A stretch of 64,000 bases of DNA from Candidatus Cloacimonadales bacterium (GCA_963678315.1 OY782781.1:960001-1024000); one strand, 5' to 3'; positions 36,885 to 48,147 are shown, numbered from the stretch's first letter. The notes: generated by a model not told the origin, from the letters alone. Translations and numbers: made by a program.

Positions 36885-39842
36885 TTGAAAATAAAATTTG
36901 ATAGTAATTTAGAGTTTCAAAAAGAAGCAATTGCTTCAATAACAGGTATCTTTGAAGGGCAAGAAGTATGTAAAGATAATTTCTCTGTTCTTGCCCCAAC
37001 TGAGATAACTATTGAAAATGTTAATATTGAAGATAAAGGTGGTTTTATCCCAGGATATAGTAATAAATTAGATATTCTTGAAGAGGAGCTTCTTGACAAT
37101 GTGAGGAAGATACAGTTAAGAAATGGGCTTAAACAATCTTCTTCAATAAATAAAAAGGACCTTAACTTCACTGTTGAAATGGAGACAGGTACAGGTAAAA
37201 CTTATGTATATTTAAGAACAATCTTTGAAATGAATAAACTATATGGATTTACTAAATTTATTATTGTAGTGCCTTCTATTGCTATCAAAGAGGGAACGAA
37301 TAAGTCTCTTGATATAACTAAAGAACATTTTAAAGCTTTATATGATAATACTCGCTATGACTATTTTACGTACGAATCAAAGAAGTTAGAGCAAGTAAGA
37401 TCTTTTGCTACTAACGATTATATTCAGATAATGGTGACAACAGTGCAGGCTTTTAATAAGGATGCAAATATTATTAATAGATACAATGATAAGCTAGGAG
37501 GACTACCGTTACATCTTATACAGCAAACCAACCCTATAGTAATAATAGATGAACCTCAAAGTGTTGATAGTGCTGATAAATCAAAGGAAGCGATAAAATC
37601 ATTGAATCCCTTATGTTGTTTAAGATATTCAGCTACTCATAAAGAGAAATACAACTTGATGTATAAACTTGATTCTGTTGATGCTTATGAGAAGAAATTA
37701 GTTAAACAGATAGAAGTATCATCGTTAGAAGTTACAAACTTCCAGAATAATGCTTATATCAAGCTTGTAAGTGTTAGTAATAATAACAACTCTATAACAG
37801 CAAGACTTGAAGTTGATGTTATGGAAAAGGGCAAAACCAAGAGAAAAACCATAACAGTTAAGCAAAATACTGATCTAGTAGATAAGACTAAAAGAAATAT
37901 CTATAGTGGCTACATTGTTAAAGATATTGCTTGCCTTCCAGATAATGAGTTTATTGATTTTACTTCTAAGCCTGAAACAATAAGACTTGGAATGTCTATT
38001 GGCTCTATTGATGATAATGTTATTAAGAGAAGTCAAATTGCTACTACTATAAGAAAACACTTAGATAAAGAGCTTATCCTAAATCCTAAAGGTATTAAAG
38101 TTTTAAGTCTATTCTTTATTGATAAAGTTGCAAATTATAGATTCTACGATGATCAAGGCAATCCTCAACAAGGTAAATATGCTATTATGTTTGAAGAAGA
38201 GTATTCTAAAATAGCTAGTGGTGAGAAATATAAGAACTTGTTCAAACATATTAAAGATATAGGTGAAGAGGCTGAAGTGGTCCATAATGGTTATTTTTCA
38301 GCAGATAAAAAAGGTAAGCTAAAAGATACTAAAGGAACTACCCTTGCTGATGATGATACCTACTCTTTGATTATGAAAGATAAAGAGAGACTGTTAAGCT
38401 TTGATTCTAAACTTAGATTTATCTTCTCACATTCAGCACTCAAAGAAGGCTGGGATAATCCTAATGTATTTCAAATATGTACTCTCAACGAAACTAAAGC
38501 AGAGATGAAGAAACGCCAAGAGATTGGTAGAGGACTTAGGCTATGCGTTAACCAAGATGGAGAGAGAATTCACGGCTTTGATGTTAATACCTTAACTGTT
38601 ATGGCTAATGAATCATATAATGACTTTGTAACTAAGCTTCAAAAGGAAATTGAAAAGGATACAGGTATCAGGTTTGGAATTCTTGATAGTCACAACTTTG
38701 CAAATATTATTACTGGAATGGAAAATAATAAACCTATGTATCTAGGAGAACAGAAATCAGAAGAGCTTTATAACTTCTGCATCATGAAAGGATATGTTGA
38801 TAAGAGGAACAATAAAGTCAATGATCTACTAAGAACACACCTAAGAGAAAACACAGTAGTTATTCCTGATGAATTTGAAGCAGTAAAAGGACAAGTGTTG
38901 AAACAGCTTAGAAGAGTTGCTGGTAATCTTAACATCAAAGATGCTAGCGAAAAGAAAAAAATAGAAACAAATAAAGAAGTTCTTATTAGTGAAGAATTTA
39001 AGAATCTTTGGGATAAAGTTAAATACAAGACTACTTTTTCTGTTGATTTTGATTCGGAAAAGCTTGTTGAAAAGTGTGCTGAAGATATAAAGTATAATTT
39101 ATTTGTAAAAGAAGCTAAACTAACAGAAACTTCAAGAAAAATTAAACAAACTCGTGGCGGAATTCTTTCTGCTGATACACAAGATTACTCAACTACTGTG
39201 AAAGTAGGAAAAATCAAACTTCCTGATATTGTTGGTTATCTTCAAAATGAAACTAACCTCACCAGAAAGTCTATAGTTGATATCTTACTTAAGAGTGAAA
39301 AGCTTCAACATTTTAAGACTAATCCTCAAAAGTTTATTGATGGAACAATTGATATAATCAAAACACAGATGCGTCATTTTATTGTAGATGGTATAAAGTA
39401 CCAAAAAATAGGTGATGATTACTTCTATGCTCAAGAACTTTTTGAAAATCAAGAGCTGTATGGTCATTTAAAGCAAGATATGGTAGAAAGTAGTAAATCG
39501 CCTTATGAGTACGTGAAATACGACTCTAATATTGAATCTGAAATGGCTCAAAGCTTCGAGAAAAGTAACAATGTGAAAGTATATGCTAAGCTACCTGCTT
39601 GGTTCAAAATTGATACACCACTGGGATCATATAATCCTGATTGGGCTATACTGTGGGAGCACAACGGACAAGAAAAGTTATACTTTGTCGTTGAGACTAA
39701 AGGAACTCTCTCCTGGGAATTCTTACGTCCAACAGAAAAAGGTAAAATTGAATGTGGTAAGAAACACTTCCAAGCTCTTGGAAATGACGTAAGCTTAAAG
39801 GTTGCAGATAGTTTTGAGAGTTTAAGAGAGAGGATTAAGTAA
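36885..39842 (+). CDS. res: Type III R-M restriction subunit
   Basis: EMETGTGKTYVY, IIDEPQ, RYSAT, SALKEGWDNPNVFQIC, QEIGRGLRL, YNPDW...VETKG. Start placed at the TTG after GAGG. Confidence 0.95.
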   Translation: MKIKFDSNLEFQKEAIASITGIFEGQEVCKDNFSVLAPTEITIENVNIEDKGGFIPGYSNKLDILEEELLDNVRKIQLRNGLKQSSSINKKDLNFTVEMETGTGKTYVYLRTIFEMNKLYGFTKFIIVVPSIAIKEGTNKSLDITKEHFKALYDNTRYDYFTYESKKLEQVRSFATNDYIQIMVTTVQAFNKDANIINRYNDKLGGLPLHLIQQTNPIVIIDEPQSVDSADKSKEAIKSLNPLCCLRYSATHKEKYNLMYKLDSVDAYEKKLVKQIEVSSLEVTNFQNNAYIKLVSVSNNNNSITARLEVDVMEKGKTKRKTITVKQNTDLVDKTKRNIYSGYIVKDIACLPDNEFIDFTSKPETIRLGMSIGSIDDNVIKRSQIATTIRKHLDKELILNPKGIKVLSLFFIDKVANYRFYDDQGNPQQGKYAIMFEEEYSKIASGEKYKNLFKHIKDIGEEAEVVHNGYFSADKKGKLKDTKGTTLADDDTYSLIMKDKERLLSFDSKLRFIFSHSALKEGWDNPNVFQICTLNETKAEMKKRQEIGRGLRLCVNQDGERIHGFDVNTLTVMANESYNDFVTKLQKEIEKDTGIRFGILDSHNFANIITGMENNKPMYLGEQKSEELYNFCIMKGYVDKRNNKVNDLLRTHLRENTVVIPDEFEAVKGQVLKQLRRVAGNLNIKDASEKKKIETNKEVLISEEFKNLWDKVKYKTTFSVDFDSEKLVEKCAEDIKYNLFVKEAKLTETSRKIKQTRGGILSADTQDYSTTVKVGKIKLPDIVGYLQNETNLTRKSIVDILLKSEKLQHFKTNPQKFIDGTIDIIKTQMRHFIVDGIKYQKIGDDYFYAQELFENQELYGHLKQDMVESSKSPYEYVKYDSNIESEMAQSFEKSNNVKVYAKLPAWFKIDTPLGSYNPDWAILWEHNGQEKLYFVVETKGTLSWEFLRPTEKGKIECGKKHFQALGNDVSLKVADSFESLRERIK

Positions 39843-39848
39843 AAAATC

Positions 39849-39880
39849 AAAAAGTGTGCCTAAATCATAAAAAGTGTGCC
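39849..39880 (+). repeat. Direct repeat AAAAAGTGTGCC x2 (20-bp period) at the island's right edge
   Basis: Copies at 39849-39860 and 39869-39880. Confidence 0.7.
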
Positions 39881-40247
39881 CATATAGTTTATGAGGGATA
39901 TAAATTTAGGAGGGCATTTAGATATCTTAGATCATATAACAATTGCTGATATAGATGTAGAATATTTGGATAAAAATTGGAAGCAGATTGAAATGTAAAT
40001 ATGTCATTGCTAAAAATAAACTTGACATTCCGAAAATATAACGAGAAAATTAAATACTTAAATATTATTAAACCCAAATAATGCACTAGGACTTGAAAAA
40101 TAGCACTATATTATTTGGCAATAATAACTTTCATAATCTCAACTAGAATATATATTATTCAAGCTTCGATTCTGTAAGATATTTTGCTGAAATAATCTGC
40201 ACTATTTTCGTCAAACCTAATACATCATCTGGGTTAAAGGAATGTAT

Positions 40248-41354
40248 ATGAAAAAACTGTTTTTGTTACTATTGTTAGTGTTATCCTTGGTGGTAGTTAA
40301 TGGTAATGAAATATCAGCAGTTTGGGTTTTGCCATGGAGTATATCAACTCCAGAAGATATTGATGAGATGCTTGAAAATTTATCCGAGAATAATTACAAT
40401 ACCATTATGGCAGAAGTTAGATACAGGGCAGACGCATTATATATTCCTAATAAGACAGATTCTACCTTTATCAACATAGAATCAAGATCACACGTAATGA
40501 AGGGAAGTGATTTTGATGCTTTAGAATATTTACTTGAAAAGGCTACTTCTTACAACATAGATGTTCATGCTTGGATGACTATGATGGTCATGACTCCTCA
40601 CAATCTTGAAGCATTACCTGCTGACCATATTTATAAAGACAAATCGGGATGGATTACTACTGATGCATTTGGAAAGAAGATGGATAGGTATGACGCTGAA
40701 GGCTATTTTTGGGATGCGGGTATTCCTGAAGTTAGAGACTATTTAGTTAATCTTGTGAGTGATGTAGTAGTCAATTATCCTGGCTTAAGAGGAATTCACC
40801 TTGATTATATCAGGTATCCTTCTCAGGACCTAGGTTTTCATAATGATTCTATGCGTGAATTTAATAGAAAAGGTTATGAAGATAATTATGCTAATTTAAT
40901 GATGTGGAAAGAGGATAACATAAACACATTAGTAAAGGCAATTTATGATAGGGTAAAAGAATTAGATTCGCAGATGATATTGTCTGCAGCTGTAATTTCA
41001 GATAGATTTAAAGCAAGATCTAACTATTCCCAAAATTGGATAGATTGGTTGGAAAATGATTATATAGATTATGTCTTCTTAATGTCTTATACAAAGAAAG
41101 ATGATGTAATTGAAAAAATGTTAAAAGAGAAGAAAAGCAGTCCATATAAATCAAAAATAGTTGTAGGTTTACGAGCCTGGAATGATTCCCAAAAACCATA
41201 TCCGGTAGAACAGATATTCTCTAAAATTCAGAAGGTTAGGGAGTATGGTTTTGCAGGAACATGCTTGTTTAACTATTCTGGATTGGTAAAACATAAATAT
41301 CTTGATGGGCTGGGAATGTTATTATATAAACTAAGTGAAAATGCAAAAATATAA
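40248..41354 (+). CDS. Exported GHL10 (DUF187/YddW-like) glycoside hydrolase
   Basis: AVWV, VRYRADALY, FDAL..L, DVHAW, GIHLDYIRYP, SQNW..W....IDY...MSY. Confidence 0.85.
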   Translation: MKKLFLLLLLVLSLVVVNGNEISAVWVLPWSISTPEDIDEMLENLSENNYNTIMAEVRYRADALYIPNKTDSTFINIESRSHVMKGSDFDALEYLLEKATSYNIDVHAWMTMMVMTPHNLEALPADHIYKDKSGWITTDAFGKKMDRYDAEGYFWDAGIPEVRDYLVNLVSDVVVNYPGLRGIHLDYIRYPSQDLGFHNDSMREFNRKGYEDNYANLMMWKEDNINTLVKAIYDRVKELDSQMILSAAVISDRFKARSNYSQNWIDWLENDYIDYVFLMSYTKKDDVIEKMLKEKKSSPYKSKIVVGLRAWNDSQKPYPVEQIFSKIQKVREYGFAGTCLFNYSGLVKHKYLDGLGMLLYKLSENAKI

Positions 41355-41366
41355 TTAGGAGAGAGA

Positions 41367-44138
41367 ATGAGAAAGAAGGTCTTTCTGATTGATGGAACAG
41401 CTCTATTTTATAGAGCTCATTTTGCTTTTATAAGGAACCCATTAATAAACAAGAATGGTTTTGAGATAAGCGCAATTTATGGAGTTATAAACTCTTTTTT
41501 GAAAGTACTGGAGAAATATAGTCCTGATTATATACTAGTCTCTTTTGATAGAAAAGAGAAGACATTTAGGCATGAAATGGATGAGAATTATAAAGCTAAT
41601 CGTCCGCCAATGCCAGTGGAACTTGTCGCACAGATTGAACCAGTCAAGAAGTTTTTTGAGTTGATAGGGATACCTGAAATATCAAAAGCTGGTTATGAAG
41701 CAGACGATGTGATAGGTACTTTAGCTGATAAATTGAAGTCAGAAAATGATATATATATTGTAAGTGGAGATAAAGATTTTGCTCAGTTAGTGTATGAAGG
41801 GGTCTACTTACTAAATCCATTTAAGGATGAGTTATTAGGGCAAGCAGAGATTGAAAATAAATATGGAATAAAGACTTCACAGTTTATTGACTACTTGGCT
41901 ATTGTTGGTGATACAGCTGATAATATTCCTGGGGTGAAGGGAGTGGGACCTAAAGGAGCCGAGAAGCTTCTCAATGAATTTGAGTCATTAGAAGATATAT
42001 ACAATAATCTAGATAGTTTCAAAGGTGCAACATTAAAGAAATTGGAAGCAAGTAAAGAAAACGCTTTTATGTCATATAAACTAGCTCGAATAGAGACTGA
42101 GGTTCCTGTAGAAAATCCTAATATTAAAGATTTCGTGATAGAATTAACTGACTTCAGTAAGTTAGATGAATATTTTGAGCAATACGATATGCCAAATCTA
42201 GCATCGAAAGTTAAAAAGATGTTTCTTGTTGAAAGTAAAGAAATTGAAGAAAAGCTTTTTGAAGAAGTAGGGGATGATCAACAATTAGAGTTGTTTGCAG
42301 AATATAATGATATGACTAAAGAAGATAAAAAGATAAGTGCAGAGTTTGAATCTAAACTAATAAGCACTTTGGAAGAATTAGAGACCATACTCGCTAGTAA
42401 TGAAGAAAGTTTCTTAGCCTTAGATACAGAAACAACTTCTTTAGATGTCTATGATGCAGAGTTAGTTGGTATATCATTCTGCTTTAACGAAAAAATAGCT
42501 TATTATGTGCCAGTTGGGCATTTTGCAAGTGATAATTTGGCTAAAGATAAGGTTCTAGATTCACTAAGAAAGCACATTCAAGATAAGCTATTAATAGGTC
42601 ACAACTTAAAATATGACTTAGAGATATTAGAAAATCAAGGTTTAACAATTAATAATAAGTTATTTGATACAATGATTGCTTCTTTTGTCCTTGATCCTAC
42701 TGCTGGAGGAGTTAAGCTGGATAAGTGTATGGAGAGAGAATTTGATTATCAGATGAAGGCAATAGTTGATTTAATCGGTAAAGGTAAGAAGCAAATCACC
42801 TTTGATATGGTAAATGTTGATCAAGCTTGTTTTTACGCAGCAGAAGATGCTTGGGCGACTTTTAAACTTTATAATCTGTATGCAGAAAAGATTAATATTT
42901 CACAGTTAACAAATCTCTATGAGAATATTGAGTTACCATTGATTTATTCTCTTAAGAAGATGGAACTTAATGGAGCTTATATAGATAAAGATTTCTTGCA
43001 TGAACTTTCAGTAAAGAATAGCAAGCGATTAGATGAATTAGTTGCGGAAATATATAAAATAGCTGGTTATGAATTTAATATTAATTCTCCAAAACAACTA
43101 GGAAATCTTCTTTTTGAAGACATGGGAATTCCTCCAATCAAAAAGACAAAAACAGGCTATTCTACAGATGCTTCTGTTCTAGAAGCATTAGCCTTAGAAC
43201 ATGATATTGCTAGATTAATAGTTGATTATCGACAGATAGCTAAACTAGAATCTACATACATTAAAGCATTACCTCTTTTGATTTCACATGTTACCGGAAG
43301 AGTACATTCATCGTTTAATCAAATAGGAGCTTCTACAGGCAGACTTTCTTCTAACAATCCTAACCTGCAAAACATACCGATTAGAAGTGATTTAGGTAAG
43401 GAAATTAGGAAAGCCTTCACTGTTCAAGACAAAGGGAATATAATTGTTGCTGCTGATTATTCTCAGATAGAATTGAGGCTTTTAGCTATATTCTCGGAAG
43501 ACGCAACATTAGTTAAATCATTTAACTCAGGTGGAGATATTCATAGAGAAACGGCTGGTCTTATATTTGATAAACCGGTTCAAGAAGTTACTAGTGATGA
43601 AAGACGTTCTGCAAAGACAATCAACTTTGGAATAATCTATGGTATGGGTCCACAAAAGCTCTCTAAGGAACTGAATATAAGTCTTAAAGAAGCGAAAGAG
43701 TTTATACAGTCTTATTTTGAAAAATTCCCAACGATAAAAGACTTCATGAATAGAATGGTTTTGAAAGCTAAGGAAAATGGTTACTGTGAGACTATTTCCA
43801 ATAGACGATTATTCTTACCTGGAATTAATTCTTCTAATAAGAGATTAATTAGTGAAGCTGAAAGAGTAGCTGTAAATATGCCAATTCAAGGTTCAGCTGC
43901 TGATATAATAAAGATTGCTATGAATAAATTACATACAAGATTTGAAAATAGAAATGATGTTAAGATGATAATCCAGGTTCATGATGAACTTGTATTTGAA
44001 GTAAAAGAGGAGTCAAAAGACGAGATAATTGCTATTATTAAAGAAGAAATGGAAGGTGCTTTACCGGAACAATATAGTAAAATAGTGAAGATGTCAGTTG
44101 ATGTAGGAATAGGAGAGAACTGGCTAGAAGCACATTAA
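41367..44138 (+). CDS. polA: DNA polymerase I
   Basis: LIDG..YKANR, EADD, DTET exonuclease motif, ADYSQIELR, AKTINFGIIYG, QVHDEL. Confidence 0.98.
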   Translation: MRKKVFLIDGTALFYRAHFAFIRNPLINKNGFEISAIYGVINSFLKVLEKYSPDYILVSFDRKEKTFRHEMDENYKANRPPMPVELVAQIEPVKKFFELIGIPEISKAGYEADDVIGTLADKLKSENDIYIVSGDKDFAQLVYEGVYLLNPFKDELLGQAEIENKYGIKTSQFIDYLAIVGDTADNIPGVKGVGPKGAEKLLNEFESLEDIYNNLDSFKGATLKKLEASKENAFMSYKLARIETEVPVENPNIKDFVIELTDFSKLDEYFEQYDMPNLASKVKKMFLVESKEIEEKLFEEVGDDQQLELFAEYNDMTKEDKKISAEFESKLISTLEELETILASNEESFLALDTETTSLDVYDAELVGISFCFNEKIAYYVPVGHFASDNLAKDKVLDSLRKHIQDKLLIGHNLKYDLEILENQGLTINNKLFDTMIASFVLDPTAGGVKLDKCMEREFDYQMKAIVDLIGKGKKQITFDMVNVDQACFYAAEDAWATFKLYNLYAEKINISQLTNLYENIELPLIYSLKKMELNGAYIDKDFLHELSVKNSKRLDELVAEIYKIAGYEFNINSPKQLGNLLFEDMGIPPIKKTKTGYSTDASVLEALALEHDIARLIVDYRQIAKLESTYIKALPLLISHVTGRVHSSFNQIGASTGRLSSNNPNLQNIPIRSDLGKEIRKAFTVQDKGNIIVAADYSQIELRLLAIFSEDATLVKSFNSGGDIHRETAGLIFDKPVQEVTSDERRSAKTINFGIIYGMGPQKLSKELNISLKEAKEFIQSYFEKFPTIKDFMNRMVLKAKENGYCETISNRRLFLPGINSSNKRLISEAERVAVNMPIQGSAADIIKIAMNKLHTRFENRNDVKMIIQVHDELVFEVKEESKDEIIAIIKEEMEGALPEQYSKIVKMSVDVGIGENWLEAH

Positions 44139-44228
44139 TAATCGTTAAGTAAAAAAAAACTTTACGAAAAATATAAGATAAACATTTATACATTGATAAG
44201 AATTATAAATAACTTTAGTGGAGGAAGA

Positions 44229-46475
44229 ATGCCTCAAACATTGAGGAAGTTATTATTAATAATTGTATTATTAGTAGTAAATTCAGTACTTATAGCCCAA
44301 ACTCAATTAATTAGAAATGTACGAGTAACTGGCAATGAAAATATAGATGAATCGATGATTACAACAGTTTCTAAGGTCAAAATTGGTGACTACTTAGATC
44401 CGCAAAATGTTGCAGAAACAATAGAAAGTTTATACAAACTAGAAGTTTTTAATGATATCAAAATTGAAAGTAACTTTATTTCTAACGGATTAGAGATTGT
44501 TATAGTTGTTGATGAATATCCTGTAGTAAATTCTGTAGATTTCAAGGGCAACAAAAAATATAGTGATTCTGCTCTAGAAGAGTTTGTTTATCTAAAAGAG
44601 GGTTCTTATTATTCTCCATTCTTGAGAAACAAAGTAAGTCGTCAGATTAAAGATAAATATATTGATAAAGGTTATAACGCTGTTGAAATCAACTATGATG
44701 TTGTTGATTTGGGAGATAACAATGTTGATATCGTTGTTAATATCAAAGATGGAAATAAAATAAGAATAAATAAGATTACTTTCCATGGTAACAAGCAAAT
44801 AGAATCTAAGAAACTTCGTTCTAAAATGAAGACAAAGACTACTAATTTATTTAGATCTGGTAAGTTTGACCAAGAACAGTTTGAGCTTGATTTAGATGAT
44901 ATAATTGCTTACTACAATGAATTAGGCTATATAAATGCTAAGATTTCTTCTTATGAAAACAACTTAGTTGATAACAAATATATTCAATTAGATATCTATT
45001 TAGATGAAGGTCAACAATATAAATATGGTGATGTCTTCTTATCTGGAAACAACTTCTTTACTGATGAAGAGATTTTTGAAATATTAGACTTTGAACAAAA
45101 CGAACCTTTCAATATGGAAGAGTTTAATCAAAGAAAGAATGAGATAAAAGAGAAGTATTCTGAGGAAGGTTTTATCTATAGTTCTGTGGAACCTAACTTG
45201 ATAATGACTGATGATAAAGTAGACATTCAAGTTAACATTACAGAACATACACGTGCAAAAATTAGAAAGATATTTATCAACGGTAATAGAGGAACCAAAG
45301 AGAAGATTATTAGACGTCAACTCTCTATTCATCCAGGTGATTATTTTAAACGTTCTCAAATCATAAGAACCCAGCAAAATATTTATAATTTGGGATTCTT
45401 TGAGGCAAACATTGGTATTGAACCGAAACCTATTAATCAAAATGGCGATATTGATGTCTATTTTGATGTTGAAGATAAAACTTCAGGTTCAGCTAATGGT
45501 GGTGTTGGTTATAATAGTGCAGATGGATTTGTAGGACAGTTATCACTTTCTCATAATAATATCATGGGCAATAACTGGCAGTCAAAAGTTATGTGGGAGT
45601 TTGGTGGAACTAAACAGAATGTCGAATTCTCTTTTACTAATCCATATACTTTAGATTCAAATGTTCTAACAGGTTTTAGTGTTTATAATACAGAGAAAGA
45701 GTGGGAAGATTATTACTATGAAATATTTACACGAGGTGGATCAGTAAAAGTTGGTAAACCTCTAAGCTTTATTAATAGATCTAAAGCAATATTAAGCTAT
45801 TCACTCTATTCAAAAAAATATAATATTACTGATTTAGATGAAGTAGAAGCCGATAATAATGAATCATTAATAGAGCTTGATACTTTAGGTTGGAGAAACA
45901 CTAGTGCTCTTGGATTAACTCTGTCTAGAGATTCTAGAAACAATGTTTTCTTCCCAACAACAGGTTCTCAAATTACGCTTTATAATGAGTTTGCAGGTGG
46001 TCCACTAGGTGGTCACTTCGATTATTATAAGTTTATTTCACAAGTTAGCTGGTATACAGAAACATATTACAAATTCGTACTTAGATCTAAATGGCGTTTC
46101 GGTTATGTAACTTCATTTGGTCAGTCTTCAGAAGTACCACCAGATGAAAGATTCTACTTGGGTGGAACAGGTCCTGATGGTATAAGAGGCTATGATGATA
46201 GGGAAATTGGTCCTGATGATGGTGGAACTAGAGAAATCTTATTCTCTACAGAATTAGCCTATCCAATTGGTGGCGATCAACTGATCCTATTGACGTTTCT
46301 TGATGCTGGTAATAGTTATAATTCTTTAAATGAATTTAACTTCTTGGAAATGAAGAAAGGTGGGGGATTGGGATTAAGAATTCGAACTCCAATGGGTTTA
46401 ATTGGATTTGACTATGCTTGGAACTTCGATAGAGAAGAATGGCAACCACACTTCCAATTCGGTACTACTTTCTAA
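44229..46475 (+). CDS. bamA: Outer-membrane protein assembly factor BamA
   Basis: POTRA repeats, FYLGG....IRGY, C-terminal FQFGTTF. Start placed at the ATG after GGAGG. Confidence 0.95.
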   Translation: MPQTLRKLLLIIVLLVVNSVLIAQTQLIRNVRVTGNENIDESMITTVSKVKIGDYLDPQNVAETIESLYKLEVFNDIKIESNFISNGLEIVIVVDEYPVVNSVDFKGNKKYSDSALEEFVYLKEGSYYSPFLRNKVSRQIKDKYIDKGYNAVEINYDVVDLGDNNVDIVVNIKDGNKIRINKITFHGNKQIESKKLRSKMKTKTTNLFRSGKFDQEQFELDLDDIIAYYNELGYINAKISSYENNLVDNKYIQLDIYLDEGQQYKYGDVFLSGNNFFTDEEIFEILDFEQNEPFNMEEFNQRKNEIKEKYSEEGFIYSSVEPNLIMTDDKVDIQVNITEHTRAKIRKIFINGNRGTKEKIIRRQLSIHPGDYFKRSQIIRTQQNIYNLGFFEANIGIEPKPINQNGDIDVYFDVEDKTSGSANGGVGYNSADGFVGQLSLSHNNIMGNNWQSKVMWEFGGTKQNVEFSFTNPYTLDSNVLTGFSVYNTEKEWEDYYYEIFTRGGSVKVGKPLSFINRSKAILSYSLYSKKYNITDLDEVEADNNESLIELDTLGWRNTSALGLTLSRDSRNNVFFPTTGSQITLYNEFAGGPLGGHFDYYKFISQVSWYTETYYKFVLRSKWRFGYVTSFGQSSEVPPDERFYLGGTGPDGIRGYDDREIGPDDGGTREILFSTELAYPIGGDQLILLTFLDAGNSYNSLNEFNFLEMKKGGGLGLRIRTPMGLIGFDYAWNFDREEWQPHFQFGTTF

Positions 46476-46487
46476 AAGGATTCGATA

Positions 46488-47459
46488 ATGAAATATAAGC
46501 ATTTATTTGGACCAGTTATTTCAAGGAGATTAGGAATCTCCTTAGGAGTTGATGTTGTTCCTTACAAATACTGTACTATGGACTGTGTATATTGTGAAGT
46601 CGGTAGAACAGATCATTTAGTTAATGAACAACTTGATTTAATTGACTATGATGCACTAGTTGCAGAATTAGATGATTTTTTAAGCACTAACCCGAAGCTT
46701 GATTATATAACATTCTCTGGAGCTGGAGAACCTTTGATTTATAGTCATATTGGGGAGTTGATTAACTATATAAAAGATAATTATAGTCAATATAAACTTG
46801 CTTTGATAACTAATAGCACTTTCCTTGGTGAGATTAGTATAGTGAATGATTTACTCAAACTAGACTTAATCATGCCTTCAATGGATGCAGTTGATGATGA
46901 AAACTTTGAAAAGATAAATCGACCTCATAGTGATATCACTGTTGATGATGTTCTCTCTAATCTTATAACTTTCAATAGTTATTTCCATGGTGAGATGTGG
47001 CTGGAAATATTCTTTGTTCCTGGTTTGAATGATAACCCTGAATCTCTTATCTCTATGGCTGATATGATAAGTCGTATTCAACCTACTAGAGTTCAACTTA
47101 ACAGTCTCGACAGACCTGGCACTGAATCATGGGTAAAAAAAGCAGAATTTGAGCAGTTAGAAAGAATAAAGAGAGAGTTTGAAAGCTCTTTATCAGACTA
47201 TGATATCAAAATTGAGATAATTAAGAAAGTAGATAAAGACCTCTATGATCAGAATGAAACCAGCATAGAAGCTGAAGAAAAGATTCTGTCAACTATCAAC
47301 CGTAGACCTTGTACAGCCCAGGACTTGAGTCAGATGTTGAATATTCACATCAATGCTATCAATAAGGTTCTGCATAAACTAATAGCAGAAAAAGTTATTG
47401 TGGGAGTTGAAGAGGATCGAGGTATTTTCTATAAGTTATTGAAGGCTAATGATAACTAG
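46488..47459 (+). CDS. Radical SAM protein (TYW1-related COG0731 type) with C-terminal HTH
   Basis: FGPVISRRLGISLGV, CTMDCVYC, ITFSGAGEP. Confidence 0.88.
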   Translation: MKYKHLFGPVISRRLGISLGVDVVPYKYCTMDCVYCEVGRTDHLVNEQLDLIDYDALVAELDDFLSTNPKLDYITFSGAGEPLIYSHIGELINYIKDNYSQYKLALITNSTFLGEISIVNDLLKLDLIMPSMDAVDDENFEKINRPHSDITVDDVLSNLITFNSYFHGEMWLEIFFVPGLNDNPESLISMADMISRIQPTRVQLNSLDRPGTESWVKKAEFEQLERIKREFESSLSDYDIKIEIIKKVDKDLYDQNETSIEAEEKILSTINRRPCTAQDLSQMLNIHINAINKVLHKLIAEKVIVGVEEDRGIFYKLLKANDN

Positions 47460-48147
47460 TGTGATAATTACTGCTGGAGGTTCTGGTAAAAGACTTCCAG
47501 GTAAAGTAAAAAAGCAATTTCTAGAAATAAATAGACTACCTATATTGTATCATACAATATCTAGGTTCTTATCTATTGCTATAGTGAATGAGATTATTGT
47601 TTCTCTTCCTAAAGATGATTATGAAGCTGTTTCTAGAAATATAGATGATTACTTCAAATCTAGCTTGATTAAGTTTGTGATAGGTGGTAAGGAAAGACAA
47701 GAGTCTGTCTTTAATGCCTTGAAAGCTTGTTCAAAAGCATGTGATTGTGTCTTTATTCATGATGGAGTAAGACCCTATTTCTCTAAAGATGTAATCAGTA
47801 AATCATTAGAATTGGTTGCAGATAAGCTAGGTGTTATTCCTGCAAGTAAAGTTAAATATACGATAAAAGAGATAAATGATTCTAAAGTAGTTTCAACTGT
47901 GCCAAGAGAATATTTGTATAATGTGCATACACCACAGTGTTTCTTATATAAGAATATTCTTGAATTGCACAGAAAGGCTGATTTAGAAGGCAAATTATAT
48001 ACTGATGATGCAGCACTTTTTGAAATGGCAGGTTATCAAGTAATGATTGTTGAAGAGAATGACAAGAATTTGAAGGTAACAACCCAAGAGGATTTAGAAT
48101 TAGTGGAGTTTTATTTAAAGAAAGAAAGTATTCAGGAGAATAAATGA
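47449..48147 (+). CDS. ispD: 2-C-methyl-D-erythritol 4-phosphate cytidylyltransferase
   Basis: AGGSGKR....KQF, GGKERQESV, IHDGVRP, TPQ, TDD, N.KVT..EDL. Confidence 0.95.
   Translation: MITSVIITAGGSGKRLPGKVKKQFLEINRLPILYHTISRFLSIAIVNEIIVSLPKDDYEAVSRNIDDYFKSSLIKFVIGGKERQESVFNALKACSKACDCVFIHDGVRPYFSKDVISKSLELVADKLGVIPASKVKYTIKEINDSKVVSTVPREYLYNVHTPQCFLYKNILELHRKADLEGKLYTDDAALFEMAGYQVMIVEENDKNLKVTTQEDLELVEFYLKKESIQENK

Noticed and set aside
39891..39998. 35-codon ORF containing LDILDHITI (RadC-like tail)
   Set aside because: Too short, with no RBS; the match could be chance.
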